Shown here piece by piece: positions 11,535 through 23,129 of a stretch of DNA of 64,000 nucleotides (positions within the stretch are counted from its first letter, which is position 1; each line of letters opens with the position of its first letter). The position numbers and the translations under genes were made by a program. Under the pieces are notes generated by a model. That model did not search any database. It was not told where the DNA came from and worked only from the letters and a program-made list of their open reading frames with translations. This DNA comes from a virus, in IMG/VR virus record IMGVR_UViG_3300045988_154892; one strand, given 5' to 3'.

Positions 11535-14500
11535 ACCGATTCTAAAGCCATGATTTGTGCTTTAAGGCTATTTATGTTGTTATTCTGAGAATTAATCTTC
11601 TTAGAATAGTCGTACATATCCTTCTGCTGTGTCAGGGCTTCTTTTCTCTTGCTGATTATTTTATCAAGATAATCAACCTCTGTACTCATAGCATTCTTAT
11701 ACAGATCAACCAGACTGTCCTGATATGATTTCACATCTGCAATCGAACCTTGAATACCTTCACGGTAATCTTTTGACTTGTCATTATATTCCGTTAAGGA
11801 AATAACCCCATTGTCATAAGACTCTTTTAGTTTTTGCAGACCCGTGGTATAATCTGCAATTTTTTGTTTTGCCGTACCAATACTCTGCTGTAAGAGAGCA
11901 ATCTGTGCCAGTCCCTCTTCCGTGATACGTCCTTGTTTATCAAGGAATGCATCATCGTTCAGAAGGTCGCGGAAACTTTTCAGCTCATCTTCAAGGTCAC
12001 TATATTTCTGGATGGCATCGTCAAGTGGCTTAAAACGTAGTTCATAGATACTATCTTGAAGAGATTCATTGTCCGTAATCAGTTCCAGAGTATTTTCTTT
12101 TAGCGTTTGAATCTTTTCTGCATAATCTTGATACGATTTAGAATTGACATCAAGAACCGCCTGTTTCTGCCGGTATATTTCCATCTGCTTTAGATTCTGC
12201 TGTACCTGAGCGTTATTATTATCTATACGGTCAGTGTATAGATTCTCTGGCACATCACGATTCTGGGATTGCAGGTAAGAAATATATTTCTCCGTAATAT
12301 CCGAATTACGTTTGATTCCGTCAATTACATTCTGAATAGTATCAATTTTAATCTGATCCAATTTATCCCGTAGTTCAAGAAGGCTGGTAGAAGCATCATA
12401 AATCTTAGCTGTGAAATCTTGAATATTTTTCATAGCAGATTGATAAGCTTCGGAACCTTTCTTAAGATAACCACTGGAAAGCTGTGAATCTACTTCTTTC
12501 TGATAATCGGAAAGCTTTTTGGTAAGCTGATTATAAGTATCTTCCTGTGCTTTGATGGATTTATTGATGCTTGCATAGTTGTCTGGATTGTCGATAGCTA
12601 CGCCTAGAGCATCATTCAAGGATATTTTGGAATTTGCTACGTCTTTGATTTTATCATTGATGTCTACGATCGCATCATATTCTTTTTCAATGATTTCCAG
12701 ACGTTTCTCAGCAAGTTCGGTAATTTTATCTTCGAGCTTGGCTACGTTATCAGCAGCGGATTCATATTTACTGTAGTAGTCCTTATACTCATCAATCTTT
12801 TTCTTCAGATCCTCGTTGGTTACTTTTTCCACATCAAGTGTGCCATTCTGGATTTTAGAGATATAAGAAGGATCAAGCCCCACGTTCGCCGCAAGCTGTA
12901 AATACTTGTTGGCTGACTGCTGATTTGCAGTTAATTCCTGCTGAACTTTACTGATAGCGTCATATGCTTTTGTCTGCTTCTGTGCCAGACCGATAGCACG
13001 ATCAATGTTATCAACTGCAATCTCAGTAGCACGAGACATTTCCTTAAGAAATACTTCTATCCAGTCGAAGGTTTCCTCGGTTGCTTCTTTGGTGGAAGAA
13101 CCACCGGATGAGGATCGAGTTGAATCACCAGAAGATGATCGAGAATTAGAAGAGGCGCGTGTAGACGATCCGGAGCTACTTGAACCTGAAGAGGATTTGG
13201 AAGAACTTGTCTTATCTTTGTTCTTCTCTGATGTCATCACACCAGTATTCTTATGAATACCAGGAGAACCATTTCCAAGTACCAATGCTGTACCAGATGC
13301 GAAAGATCCGCCTTGTATTTTTCCCCTTCCACCACCAGACGTTACATAGCCGTTCTTAAGCAATTCTTCTGACTGACGATTATTGAATACAATTTGACCT
13401 TTCTTGATATTAACAAACTCAGCGCCATTATCACCAACGGTTCTCCATGTACTCGTAGCTGGATCAACAACAATCTCAGTACCTAATTCTCCGACAAGAG
13501 AAGTGCTTGACTCTTTTGCTCCCCAATTGCCCGATGCATATGCCGTTCCAAGAGAATGAGCCGTGCCGTTTACTTTGTGTTTTCCAAAACCAAATATATT
13601 AGCACCAACAGAAACAACTTTAGATACAACTCCTTTAATAGCAGATGCAAGTAAAGATACTTCGCCAGTACCGAACACATTGGCACCAACAGAAACAGTT
13701 TTTGATTTTACACCAGATATTGCATTGAATAAAGCATCAACAAGATCTGTCCCTTTAACATTTCCTGTAACATCTACATCTTTATTCTTAACATTATCTA
13801 TCGAATCACTTAGCTCAGATACCTGATCCTGTCCTGTCACGGTGGCATTAACTGATAGATCTGTATTTTTTGCAAGAAGATCATTAAGCCAATCAAAAAA
13901 TTGCGAAACTTGTGTCCCGTCAAGCTTCGGTGACATTGTAACAGTTTTCTCTGCTGGAACACTGTTCTCCATAGCCGCATCTAACTTAGATGTATCTCCA
14001 TCGACATGCATCTTGATTTCTTTTTCAGACAGTTTATCTAATGACTGCTCAAAAGAATTAACATCATCAGTGTTGATATTAAGGCTTGCCACAAGATCAT
14101 TGTCCTTTAGATCAGAGTATAAATCCTGTACTTTTTTCTCTGCTTCTGATGTGTCAATGTCAAAGCCCATATCTTTCATTTGATTCTGGGCATTCAAATC
14201 CTCATAAGCCTTTTGGAATTCCTGGAGCTTATTGATTGTCTCAGTAGATTCTTCGGAAAATTTACTTGTATCAATTGTCATTACTGCAGGTTGTTCCAAT
14301 TCCTGCTTCTCGATTAGCAAATCTTTTAAAGCATTGTATGCTTGTAAGACATTGATATTTCCTAAATCTAATGTACCATCGTCATTCTTTAGATTCTCTA
14401 AAGCCGTCTTTGCATTTTCAATATTTGCATCAATATCAATCGTTGTTGATTTATTATCTGTAGCTTCTGTTAAATTATCAACCTTTTCTTTTGCTTTGGT

Positions 14501-17221
14501 TGTATCTGCATCGACATCGATAACACCATTAGCATGTAATTGATCTCCAAAATTCTTATAGTCAGATTTATATTGATCACTCTGATAATATTCTGCCCAG
14601 GACTTTCCAGAATCAATAAATGCATCATTCATATATTTCATAGCGTCATAAACACTAGAAATTTGTCTTTGAATTGCATTCTTTGTGTTTTCATCTGTAG
14701 CATTCGACAGATTCGCTTTTAGTTCATCAATATAAGAAGCAGCTTCCTTATATGCGTCAAGATTTGCAACATCACTCGTATTAGCGCTTTCTGCTTGTTT
14801 AAGATATTGTTTCTTAGATGCATTTAATTCTGCCCAGGTTTGATTATCCCCACCTTCGTCAGCAGTATTCTGCAACTCGTCAATCTGCTGCTGAATAGAA
14901 GCAAGACTGTATTGAAATTGAATATTAACAACAACATCATGATCTGTTAATGTTGAAAGATCATTTTCATATCCCGCTAATTCTTCATCCCATCCGTCAA
15001 TAAGTTTTTTATACCGATCTTTTGTAGCTCCTTCTTCCATAGAATCATAAATAGTTTTGATTCCATTTAAAGCTGACTTGTATTGATCTAACTCATCACC
15101 AGACCAAACCATATCATTAAATTCTGCACCGTAAGCCTCCAGATTATGCATCAAAACTTCTACGGCGCTTACGCTTATTCCTAATTTGTCGGCAGCGTCA
15201 GCACTGCTGTTAAAATTCTCCGTCCATTGAAAATCATTATTACCATCTGCAATAGCAAGACCAACATTCTGAAGATCCGTTAAGAAATTTTCTGCACTCT
15301 GGAATTGATCCTCATTGTCAAAATATCTCTTAACTTTGTCCTGCGCTTCTTTCCAAGCTGCTTCATAAGCCTGTGCATCAAAAGTGAATCCATCGTCTGG
15401 ATTAATTTTCTTTTGAGTCATGAACTGGGCCGCTTCTTTAAAATCATCCGTGCCAATCTGACCATTCGCAAACAATTCGTCAGCTTGAGCAAGATATTCC
15501 GCCATTGTTTTCCAGGATTTATCTTGATTATCCGTATTAAAAGCAGTTGTAACACTTGACAGACTTCCTTCTACGGTGTCAATTGCATCAGCAGCATCTT
15601 CAGCAGCCGATGCGGTTTCTTGAAGATAAGATTGTAAATCAGAAATATTATCAATTCCAAGATCGTCTAATGTAAGACCCATGCCAGCAAGAGCTTTTTG
15701 CAATTCTTCAGCGCTGCCAGCAGATTCTTTTAATTCTGCTTTAAGAGCATTCTTGCCAAAAGAACCATCGAAGAAATCACTGAGAGAATTTAATGCTTTC
15801 TGTGCGTCTGTAAGATCTTTATCAGTAATTGAACGAAGCATCTTCCTGACTTTTTCAAAATACGGCTCGTAACCAGATAGTGCAGTCAAACCCTCTCCAT
15901 TTACAGAAAAAGCATTTAATATATCTGTAAAATCAGATGCCTTATCTTGAAGTTCATCTTCAATAGAATCTACCATTTTTTGAAGTTTTGCTTCATCCTT
16001 TTCGGCTTTCTTTCTGTCTTTTTCAGATATACCTTTTTGTCCCTGTTTTTCTATTGCTTTATCTAAAAGATTTTGGTATTCTTGGTAATATGCCAAGTAA
16101 GACTCAAGAGAGCCTTTAGTATAATTAATGTCATCCTCAGTATACTTTTCTACATCAACACCAGGATTTTTAAAGAAATCTTTCATCTCTTTATTAAGAG
16201 ATTTTGTACTTAGGCTCCACAATTGCTCTGGCATATCCATATATTCAGCTTTTTCTAACAAATCTTTTGCGTCATTAGCTGCTTTTCTTTGTTCTGATGT
16301 CACGAGCTGTTCTTTTAGATTTAATGTTCTTTCTAATTCGTCATTGCCAAGCTGAATTTTTTCTATTTCAGTCTGATCAACTAAAGTAAGTTGTATGTCA
16401 TTGGCGGATTGGATTTTATCAATCATCTCATCAACAGATTCGGTACCTTCTAATGCAACATTATAATTAGAAGCTATTTCCTGAAGAGTCTGTTTATATT
16501 GATCAGCCTTTGCATTTAGATTTTCTACTTCTTTTTGAGCATTTTGTAAGTTTGTAACATGCTCTTTAACATTTTTCAGGTTTGTATCATATGTAAGATT
16601 GTACTTATTATCTGCCCATTTAAATAGTTGATAAGCAGCAATTGCCGTGCCGACAGCCGCAATAATTGGAAGCATTGTTTTCAGAGTAGCAAGCAATCCT
16701 TTGAAATAATTCGAAAGATTAGAAAAAGCTGTGCCAGCTTTTGATGCAGATTCTGGGAGTTCAACGATAGAGTCACCTAATTCTGCATTTGCATTAATAA
16801 TCTTTTTTACTTGCTCGTTATATTCTGCGGAACCTTCTTTTAGTTTTCCTAATAAATCTTCTTGTTCTAAAGTTAACTTGCCTTGATTTTGTAGAGCCTT
16901 TACTAATACTGGAGCATTATTTGCAGAATCTTTTATAGCATCTGCATAAGTTAGTTTGCCAGTTGCAGCTTTGGCAGAAAGCGTCGCATCGCTTGCTAAA
17001 GCTAAAGCTTGGCTCCTTAATTCTTTATTTAATCCTAAAACATTTGCTTTTGCTTCTATTTGCTCTGAATTAAATTTACTAATTCCGTCTGATCCAACAC
17101 CGAAAGTTGCATTAAATGAATCTTTTAAATAATTCTGAAAATCATCATATGATCCTGCTTTTTTAAAACGTTTTCCACTTAGATCACCAAAACTGCCAAA
17201 TATATTTCCCAGATCTTTAAA
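11535..17221 (-). CDS. Tape measure protein, exon 6 (about 1895 codons)
   Basis: Huge coiled-coil-rich ORF with a hydrophobic segment (LLATLKTMLPIIAAVGTAIAAYQLF) and a Ser-rich linker. The track start is a TTG at 17257 with no SD. The last 46 track residues (VNICRICLNAG...) are intron read-through. The upstream boundary (17221-17254) is uncertain. Confidence 0.7.
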
Positions 17222-17244
17222 CTGCAAATTAATTGTTAATAATG

Positions 17245-17273
17245 TTGGATTTATCAAACAATTATGATATAAT
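17245..17273 (+). promoter_or_regulatory. Sigma-70-type promoter with extended -10, for the zinc-ribbon gene at 17301
   Basis: TTGGAT, a 17-nt spacer, then TGaTATAAT. About 37 nt are near-identical to the second copy at 18098-18135. It overlaps the putative 3' end of TMP intron 5 on the other strand. Confidence 0.6.
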
Positions 17274-17300
17274 ATAGGAAATATTGACGGAGGTGATAGT

Positions 17301-17879
17301 ATGTCAAAAGTATTTTGCCCAGAATGTCAAAATATAGTAAGCAGTTATGCTGAGACATGTCCTGATTGTGGATTTCCGATTTCAAAATATATAAAAGATG
17401 CAAAACTTAATGATTTTTCAAAAACGTTTGTATGTCCAAAATGTGGATCGTTTAGCACAGCAACAGATGTAGTAGCAACTATTCAATGTGATTTCTGTGG
17501 TACGCCAATGTTTCAAACGTCTGAGTCAACGACAATTACAATTTCAAATACATCATGGCCTAAAACAGAAGACGAAATTGATTCATATATTTATTCTCTT
17601 CTCGAAAAATGTGACAAAGTAGAGGAGTATGATATAGAAGCGCATCGAATTTACAAACAAAAATTAAGAGAGAGGGTAATGGCTCGTCGCAAGCAACAAT
17701 CTAATCAGCAATCCCCTGCACCACCATCCACTAATCAACCTCACTGTCCAGTATGCCAATCCACAAATATCGAGAAGATTGGCATGTTTAAGCGTATGCT
17801 TTCTACCAGCATGTTTGGAATTGCATCTGATAAGGTAGGGAAGCAGTGGCATTGTAAAAATTGTGGGAATAATTTTTAG
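17301..17879 (+). CDS. Triple zinc-ribbon protein, paralog 1 (192 aa)
   Basis: SD GGAGGTG. Motifs CPECx10CPDCG, CPKCGx17CDFCG, a Q/P/S linker and a C-terminal HCPVCQST..HCKNCG. Paralog of 20330..20917 along its whole length. Confidence 0.75.
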   Translation: MSKVFCPECQNIVSSYAETCPDCGFPISKYIKDAKLNDFSKTFVCPKCGSFSTATDVVATIQCDFCGTPMFQTSESTTITISNTSWPKTEDEIDSYIYSLLEKCDKVEEYDIEAHRIYKQKLRERVMARRKQQSNQQSPAPPSTNQPHCPVCQSTNIEKIGMFKRMLSTSMFGIASDKVGKQWHCKNCGNNF

Positions 17880-17881
17880 GA

Positions 17882-18082
17882 TTACTCCTTGTCTATCTTC
17901 AATTGTTCCACAAGACATTTCATTTTCTCCTGCAATATACGCTGCTCTTCAGTAAGAGTAGATGGATCAGTATATATGGAAGGATAATCAGTCTGCGGAA
18001 ATGGATAATCTATGATTGAATTTGCCATAACATATTTGTGGAATTTTTCAAGCCCATAATCAATTAAAATACTATCGTACAT
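17882..18082 (-). CDS. Hypothetical 66-aa protein (convergent with 17301..17879)
   Basis: Internal ATG at 18082 follows GAGGTGAATATAAA. The track ORF begins earlier, at 18121. No recognisable family. Confidence 0.45.
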   Translation of the reverse strand: MYDSILIDYGLEKFHKYVMANSIIDYPFPQTDYPSIYTDPSTLTEEQRILQEKMKCLVEQLKIDKE

Positions 18083-18104
18083 TTTATATTCACCTCTAGA
18101 AATG

Positions 18105-18133
18105 TTGGATTTATATAACAATTGTGGTATAAT
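18105..18133 (+). promoter_or_regulatory. Sigma-70-type promoter with extended -10, for the lipoprotein gene
   Basis: TTGGAT, a 17-nt spacer, then TGgTATAAT. Duplicate of the 17245 promoter. Confidence 0.6.
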
Positions 18134-18162
18134 TTAAAATTATCAAATATATAAATAAGCGG

Positions 18163-19263
18163 ATGGGAAAATACATGAAAAGAAAACACACAATACGGAT
18201 AACAGGTCTTTTATGCTTTTCTTTTTTTATTACAAGTTGTGGACAATCATCTGCAACATCAGCTTCTAGTGTAATCAAAGAGGCAGTTAATACTGATAGC
18301 ATCAAACAGATTATTTCAGAAGATAATGAAACGACTGACACAGCTATAGACGTTTCAGATCAATCAAGCAATTTAACAACAGATAAAGTGTCAAATGTAA
18401 CATGCTCATGGGAAGATAGTGAAGTACCAATAGAAGTTGGAAATGATAATTCAAAAGCACTAATTAAAGATACAAGAATTGTTAATTCTTCATATGGCAC
18501 ATTACTGATTATGGATTTTACATATACCAACAATACTGCGCAAGCATCAGATTTTATTAATGATAGCAATTGTGATGTAAAACCATATCAAAATGGTATA
18601 GAATTAGATAGACCAGGGATAACATCCGAAGCGGGTGTTTATGATTATAGTGATGCATTTACAAATGTAAAAGATGGAGGAATAATAAATACGCAACTTG
18701 TATGGGTTCTTAAAGATACGATGAACCCAGTTGAAATTGATTTTGGAATAGATTCAAATTACAATCCTGCATATTCAAAGACATTAACTTTAACTGTCGG
18801 CAAAGACATTGAAGATAAACAAGATGAATCGCAAGAAACAAAAGAATCCGATTATAATATATCGTGGCTGAATGACAATGTACCAGAAAAAATTGGAAAT
18901 GATAATTCGTATGCAATATTAAAAAATACATCTGTTTTGAAATCCCCGTCATATGGAATCGTATTAGTAATGGATTTTGAATACACAAATAATCTGGATA
19001 AAGCTAGAAATTTTATCAATAACACACCATGCCTTGTAAAGATTTATCAAAATGGTGTTGAATTAGATAGTCCTGGAAATACATCGGAACAAGGAATATT
19101 CGATTATTCTAATGCGTTTACTGGTGTAAAAAATGGTGGAACATTAAAAACACAGTTGGTTTGGGTTTTACCAGATGATAAAAGTCCCGTAGAAGTCGAA
19201 TTTGGTTTGGATAATAATTATAAACCACAATATGATTGTACATTAAACATTTCTGAAAAATAA
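18163..19263 (+). CDS. Lipoprotein with two tandem ~140-aa beta-rich repeats (DUF4352/DUF5067-like)
   Basis: Signal peptide plus lipobox (LLCFSFFITSC|GQ). Clear internal duplication: SWEDSEVPIEVGNDNSKALIKDT..MDFTYTNN..YQNGIELD..QLVWVL versus SWLNDNVPEKIGNDNSYAILKNT..MDFEYTNN..YQNGVELD..QLVWVL. The start could be 18163 or 18175. Confidence 0.75.
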   Translation: MGKYMKRKHTIRITGLLCFSFFITSCGQSSATSASSVIKEAVNTDSIKQIISEDNETTDTAIDVSDQSSNLTTDKVSNVTCSWEDSEVPIEVGNDNSKALIKDTRIVNSSYGTLLIMDFTYTNNTAQASDFINDSNCDVKPYQNGIELDRPGITSEAGVYDYSDAFTNVKDGGIINTQLVWVLKDTMNPVEIDFGIDSNYNPAYSKTLTLTVGKDIEDKQDESQETKESDYNISWLNDNVPEKIGNDNSYAILKNTSVLKSPSYGIVLVMDFEYTNNLDKARNFINNTPCLVKIYQNGVELDSPGNTSEQGIFDYSNAFTGVKNGGTLKTQLVWVLPDDKSPVEVEFGLDNNYKPQYDCTLNISEK

Positions 19264-19306
19264 ATTGGTTCACAATATTTAGTATAATGTGGGGAGGGAA
19301 AACTAC

Positions 19307-19924
19307 ATGGCATTAATCAAATGTCCAAAATGTGGTCGTGAAAATGTTTCTAATTCTGCTGAAAGGTGTCCGTCATGCGGATACAATATTAAGGAATACT
19401 ATGACAAGTCGCATGAAAAAGACAATGAAAATAAAAGAATTGTATTAGGTATAGGTATAGTAATATTAGTCTTTGCAGTCCTTTTCCTTAAGAAAGAATC
19501 GTTCACTACTCATGACGCTGATCCTTTTAAAAAATATTATTCGAACTTTGGAAAGGATATTTCGACTGTTAATAAATCTAAAAAATACATAATAAGTTCA
19601 ACATCTGACCATAAAGGAATGTTGGTAAACAATTCTGTTAAAATATGGAATATAGATGGAAAGTTATTATTGGTAGCTAACGACCAAGATGATGATGAAC
19701 TAGGACTTTTAATATGGAGTGCGGAAAATGTTGAATTAGATAATACTCAATTAGATCATATAATTGAAAAAATGGATAAATTATATGGTAAAAACACTTA
19801 TCATTACGATATTGAAAATGATTTAAAAGTATATGATTGGGATGAACTATCCAATATGAAAATTGAATTGTTTTATCGTCCCTGTATTAAAACGATGATG
19901 ATAAGTTTTTCAACAAATGAATGA
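19307..19924 (+). CDS. Zinc-ribbon membrane protein (205 aa)
   Basis: ATG at 19307 follows GGAGGG. CPKCGx11CPSCG is followed by one TM helix (IVLGIGIVILVFAVLFL) and an extracytoplasmic domain. A TATAAT lies at 19283-19288. Confidence 0.65.
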   Translation: MALIKCPKCGRENVSNSAERCPSCGYNIKEYYDKSHEKDNENKRIVLGIGIVILVFAVLFLKKESFTTHDADPFKKYYSNFGKDISTVNKSKKYIISSTSDHKGMLVNNSVKIWNIDGKLLLVANDQDDDELGLLIWSAENVELDNTQLDHIIEKMDKLYGKNTYHYDIENDLKVYDWDELSNMKIELFYRPCIKTMMISFSTNE

Positions 19925-19941
19925 TAAGGAGATTTAACGTT

Positions 19942-20277
19942 ATGAAATGTACAGAATGTGGCAAGGAATTAACAGCAGAAGAGCAGAGCCAAGGAACTTG
20001 TTCATCTTGCGGGAAAAAGATTGAAACTCCGGCAACATCCAATACATCGGAAGAAATTTATACAACGCTTGTTGGACAATCATTGAAGATTGTGGGAATA
20101 ATTGTTCTAGTAGGTGGTTTTATTGGATCTTTCTTAATAGGAAAAGATGATTATGGTTATCTTTCTTATTCTAGCTTTTTCTTTTATCTTTTTGTATCTG
20201 TTATCGGTGGTTTGCTGATTACAGGTATGGGCGAAATTGTTAATTTTCTATATACCATTTGCAAAAAGCTAAAGTGA
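19942..20277 (+). CDS. Zinc-ribbon membrane protein (111 aa)
   Basis: ATG at 19942 follows AAGGAG. CTECGx13CSSCG is followed by two hydrophobic helices. Confidence 0.6.
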   Translation: MKCTECGKELTAEEQSQGTCSSCGKKIETPATSNTSEEIYTTLVGQSLKIVGIIVLVGGFIGSFLIGKDDYGYLSYSSFFFYLFVSVIGGLLITGMGEIVNFLYTICKKLK

Positions 20278-20329
20278 TGTCGTATAGACTTCAACTCAAC
20301 TAGGAAATATTTACGGAGGTAATATCTAT

Positions 20330-20917
20330 ATGAGTAAAGTTTTTTGCCCTGAATGTGGAAAAATTTCAAGTCAATATGCAGAAACTTGTCCTGATTGTAG
20401 TTTCCCAATAGCCAAATACGTAAAAGACGCCAATCTTACAGACTTTTCAAAAACATTTGTATGCCCTAAATGCGGTTATTGGAGCGCCATGAATAGCATT
20501 GCTGGCGAAATTATGTGTGAATACTGCCATCTTCCTATGTTTCAAACAGATGAAGATGGCGATGTAACTCTAAAAGCAACGTTAAATATGAAATCAAATG
20601 AAGAAAAAGATGCTTATATTTATTCTCTTCTAGAACGTTGCGGTAAAACAGATGAATATAGTGAAGAAGCTCATCAAAATTTCCGCCGCAAATTACACGA
20701 ATGGGCAGAAGAGGAGCGTAAAAAACCGAGCCAACCAGTTTCGCAGCAGCAATCTACTCCTTCATCTACTAATCAACCTCACTGTCCGACTTGCGGTTCT
20801 ACCGACATCATCAAAATCTCAGCAGCTAAGAAAGCTGTAGGTGCTGGGCTGTTTGGCTTGTTCAGTAAAACTGCTAAGAGTCAGTTTGAATGTAAAAATT
20901 GTGGTTATAAGTGGTAA
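20330..20917 (+). CDS. Triple zinc-ribbon protein, paralog 2 (195 aa)
   Basis: SD GGAGGT. Begins MSKVFCPECG.. like paralog 1 and has the same three Cys4 modules. Ends ..HCPTCGSTDI..ECKNCGYKW. Confidence 0.75.
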   Translation: MSKVFCPECGKISSQYAETCPDCSFPIAKYVKDANLTDFSKTFVCPKCGYWSAMNSIAGEIMCEYCHLPMFQTDEDGDVTLKATLNMKSNEEKDAYIYSLLERCGKTDEYSEEAHQNFRRKLHEWAEEERKKPSQPVSQQQSTPSSTNQPHCPTCGSTDIIKISAAKKAVGAGLFGLFSKTAKSQFECKNCGYKW

Positions 20918-20951
20918 AATTATTCTACGTATGAAAAAAGCTAAGGAACAC

Positions 20952-21146
20952 TTAGACCTGATGCATTGGGAATTGTTCAAACATTTTGAATATTAATTCG
21001 ATATTAACTTTGTCTGATCCAGCAAAAAGTGGAGGTAGTGGTTTGCCGTTTTTATCATAAATTGTTTCACATAGAATAATATCATAATCGCCACATGATT
21101 CTTTTTTATTTGGATCAATATTTGACACATATGGTTTATTATTCAT
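20952..21146 (-). CDS. Hypothetical 64-aa protein (convergent with 20330..20917)
   Basis: ATG follows GAGGTAACAAAAA. No family recognised. Confidence 0.5.
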   Translation of the reverse strand: MNNKPYVSNIDPNKKESCGDYDIILCETIYDKNGKPLPPLFAGSDKVNIELIFKMFEQFPMHQV

Positions 21147-21186
21147 TTTTTGTTACCTCGGAAAACATAAAAGAAAATTTTATAGT

Positions 21187-21357
21187 AATAAAAACAAAAA
21201 CAGCAAACTTGCTATTCCACATTGCCCTGCATGTGGCAGCACAGATATAGAGAATATCAGCACGTTAAATAGAGCTGTATCAACTGCTATGGTAGACATT
21301 GCATCGAGCAAAATTGGCAAACAATTTCACTGTAAGAATTGTGGATATGATTTTTAA
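21187..21357 (+). pseudogene. Start-less fragment of a third zinc-ribbon paralog (C-terminal module only)
   Basis: My translation gives ..KNKNSKLAIPHCPACGSTDIENISTLNRAVSTAMVDIASSKIGKQFHCKNCGYDF*, homologous to the C-termini of 17301 and 20330. There is no in-frame ATG/GTG/TTG upstream back to the stop at 21085-21087, and no SD. Confidence 0.5.
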
Positions 21358-21390
21358 GATAACCATAAAACATAAGAGAGGAAAATTGAT

Positions 21391-22125
21391 ATGATTAGTG
21401 TAAATGACTTGAAATATACAACAGTATTTATTGCTGATAATACTGAAGAACCAAGACACTCTTTTACTGGTTTTATCATAAAATTAGCAACATCTCAAGG
21501 AGAATCATATTTCCTTTGTTCTTGCGGTCATTGTTTTGACAAAAATATTATGAATATATCTTTTGTTATATCCGCTATAGACGAAAACGAAGAAATGTCA
21601 GGTATAACTTTTAATATAACTGTCTCTCCTATAAAACATCCTTCTCTTGATATCGCCTATGTCGATATAACAAATACAATAATCAAGGCCTTGAATAAAT
21701 ACAATATAATTTTTCATTTTATAGAAGAATCAGACATTATTTTAAATGATGACAGATCAAGTTTTAATGATTTGGAAGATGTCTATCTCGTTGGCTATCA
21801 AGCAGCATTAGGGTACACAATCTTAGCGTATCCTTTTATTATTAAAGGAAATACTGCATCATCTATTCAGTTCAACTTTCAAAACGGATTCTTCACTTAT
21901 GCCAATACCAAAGAAGGTTTAAGTGGATGCCCAGTTTATATCAAAGTTAATGAAAAATACAAACTACTTGGCATACATCATTCTGCTAAAATACGTTCTC
22001 TTAAAATTACTACAGACGAATTTGAAAAGAAGTATGAAGAAAGTCTTGGTCTTTCTCAGGAAGTATATGCGTTTTATATACTTGATTTTATTAGAGAACA
22101 ATATCCTCTTGTGACGGAGAAGTAG
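21391..22125 (+). CDS. Trypsin/chymotrypsin-fold serine protease, cytoplasmic (244 aa)
   Basis: SD GAGAGG. Triad candidates are His in SCGHCF, Asp in LDIAYVDI and Ser in EGLSGCPVY, followed by LLGIHHSA. No signal peptide. Confidence 0.7.
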   Translation: MISVNDLKYTTVFIADNTEEPRHSFTGFIIKLATSQGESYFLCSCGHCFDKNIMNISFVISAIDENEEMSGITFNITVSPIKHPSLDIAYVDITNTIIKALNKYNIIFHFIEESDIILNDDRSSFNDLEDVYLVGYQAALGYTILAYPFIIKGNTASSIQFNFQNGFFTYANTKEGLSGCPVYIKVNEKYKLLGIHHSAKIRSLKITTDEFEKKYEESLGLSQEVYAFYILDFIREQYPLVTEK

Positions 22126-22432
22126 CTATTTGATAAACAGATTTAACACTTTGATCACCACAAACTAGATGAGTAATAGTATCTGAAGCTTTTGTCATTT
22201 TTAAATTAGTAATTGTAATTTTTGGCTTTTTCATAAAATGATTTTTTGCATTGGAGAAAATTTTATATGGGACAATTTCCTTATCAATCAGTCCATAGTT
22301 ATATAAAGACTCCATATTTTCAAAAAAATATTTGATTGTATTATACTCATTAGTGGTTAATTCTATTGTGTGTATTGTTTGTATAGATTCCTGATGATCT
22401 GTTTTGTTTGCTGTTTGATTGATAATAATCAC
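22091..22432 (-). CDS. Hypothetical 113-aa ORF, convergent with and overlapping the protease 3' end by 35 nt
   Basis: Fills the whole gap between the two protease genes. GTG start with no good SD. The first 10 codons and 5' leader are conserved with 23099..23422 (MIIINQTANK). Confidence 0.4.
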   Translation of the reverse strand: MIIINQTANKTDHQESIQTIHTIELTTNEYNTIKYFFENMESLYNYGLIDKEIVPYKIFSNAKNHFMKKPKITITNLKMTKASDTITHLVCGDQSVKSVYQIATSPSQEDIVL

Positions 22433-22460
22433 CTGCTTTCTAATTAAGGAGAAGTAAAAT

Positions 22461-23129
22461 ATGCTTACAAAAGAGAATTTGATTCATACTGTAACAAAAA
22501 TTACTGTATTAAAAGAAAATGATGAATGTAAAATTGGTACAGGATTTTTCTATAAATACCATGCAAATAATCGAGAAAATTATGCATTAGTCTCGAATAG
22601 GCATATATTTGAGAATATGAAAAACGCTTTGTTTTCTGTCCCTATTGAGCAAAACGATCAAGTGAATCTTCTAAACAATGAAATACGTATCCAACCATAT
22701 TTACATCCACAATATGACGTTGCAGTAATTGGAATAAATGATCTAATCGATTCACCAGAATATGTAGGAAAGCTAAAAATATCTTGGATTATAAAAGAAG
22801 ATATTATAACGGAAGATTTTCCAATATCTGCAATTGAATATGCGTTAATGATTGGATATCCGTTATCATTTCAGTCTGATAATTTTGTCACTCCACTTAT
22901 TCGAAGTGGCGTTATTGCGACACCTCTAAAATCAAAATTTAATGGATTGGAACGTTTCCTTGTGGATATGGAATGCTTTAGTGGATCAAGCGGATCACCA
23001 ATATTTATTAATCGTGATAGTCAATATTATTTAGTAGGGATTGAACAATCAAGCTATTCGTATAAAGAAAAAGAAGTTGGTCTTGGAGAATGCGAAAACT
23101 ACAATGTACTTTCTTCATTCTTGCCATAA
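22461..23129 (+). CDS. Trypsin/chymotrypsin-fold serine protease, second copy (222 aa)
   Basis: SD AAGGAG. His in VSNRHIF, Asp in YDVAVIGI, Ser in FSGSSGSPIF, then LVGIEQS. No signal peptide. Only distantly related to 21391. Confidence 0.7.
   Translation: MLTKENLIHTVTKITVLKENDECKIGTGFFYKYHANNRENYALVSNRHIFENMKNALFSVPIEQNDQVNLLNNEIRIQPYLHPQYDVAVIGINDLIDSPEYVGKLKISWIIKEDIITEDFPISAIEYALMIGYPLSFQSDNFVTPLIRSGVIATPLKSKFNGLERFLVDMECFSGSSGSPIFINRDSQYYLVGIEQSSYSYKEKEVGLGECENYNVLSSFLP

Noticed and set aside
11284-17000. Numerous 60-125 aa + strand ORFs inside the TMP, Tal, portal and scaffold genes (for example 12579-12776, 13842-14183, 8503-9105, 42746-43180)
   Set aside because: They are antisense to long, clearly coding - strand genes, have low-complexity composition typical of antisense frames, and have no SD.
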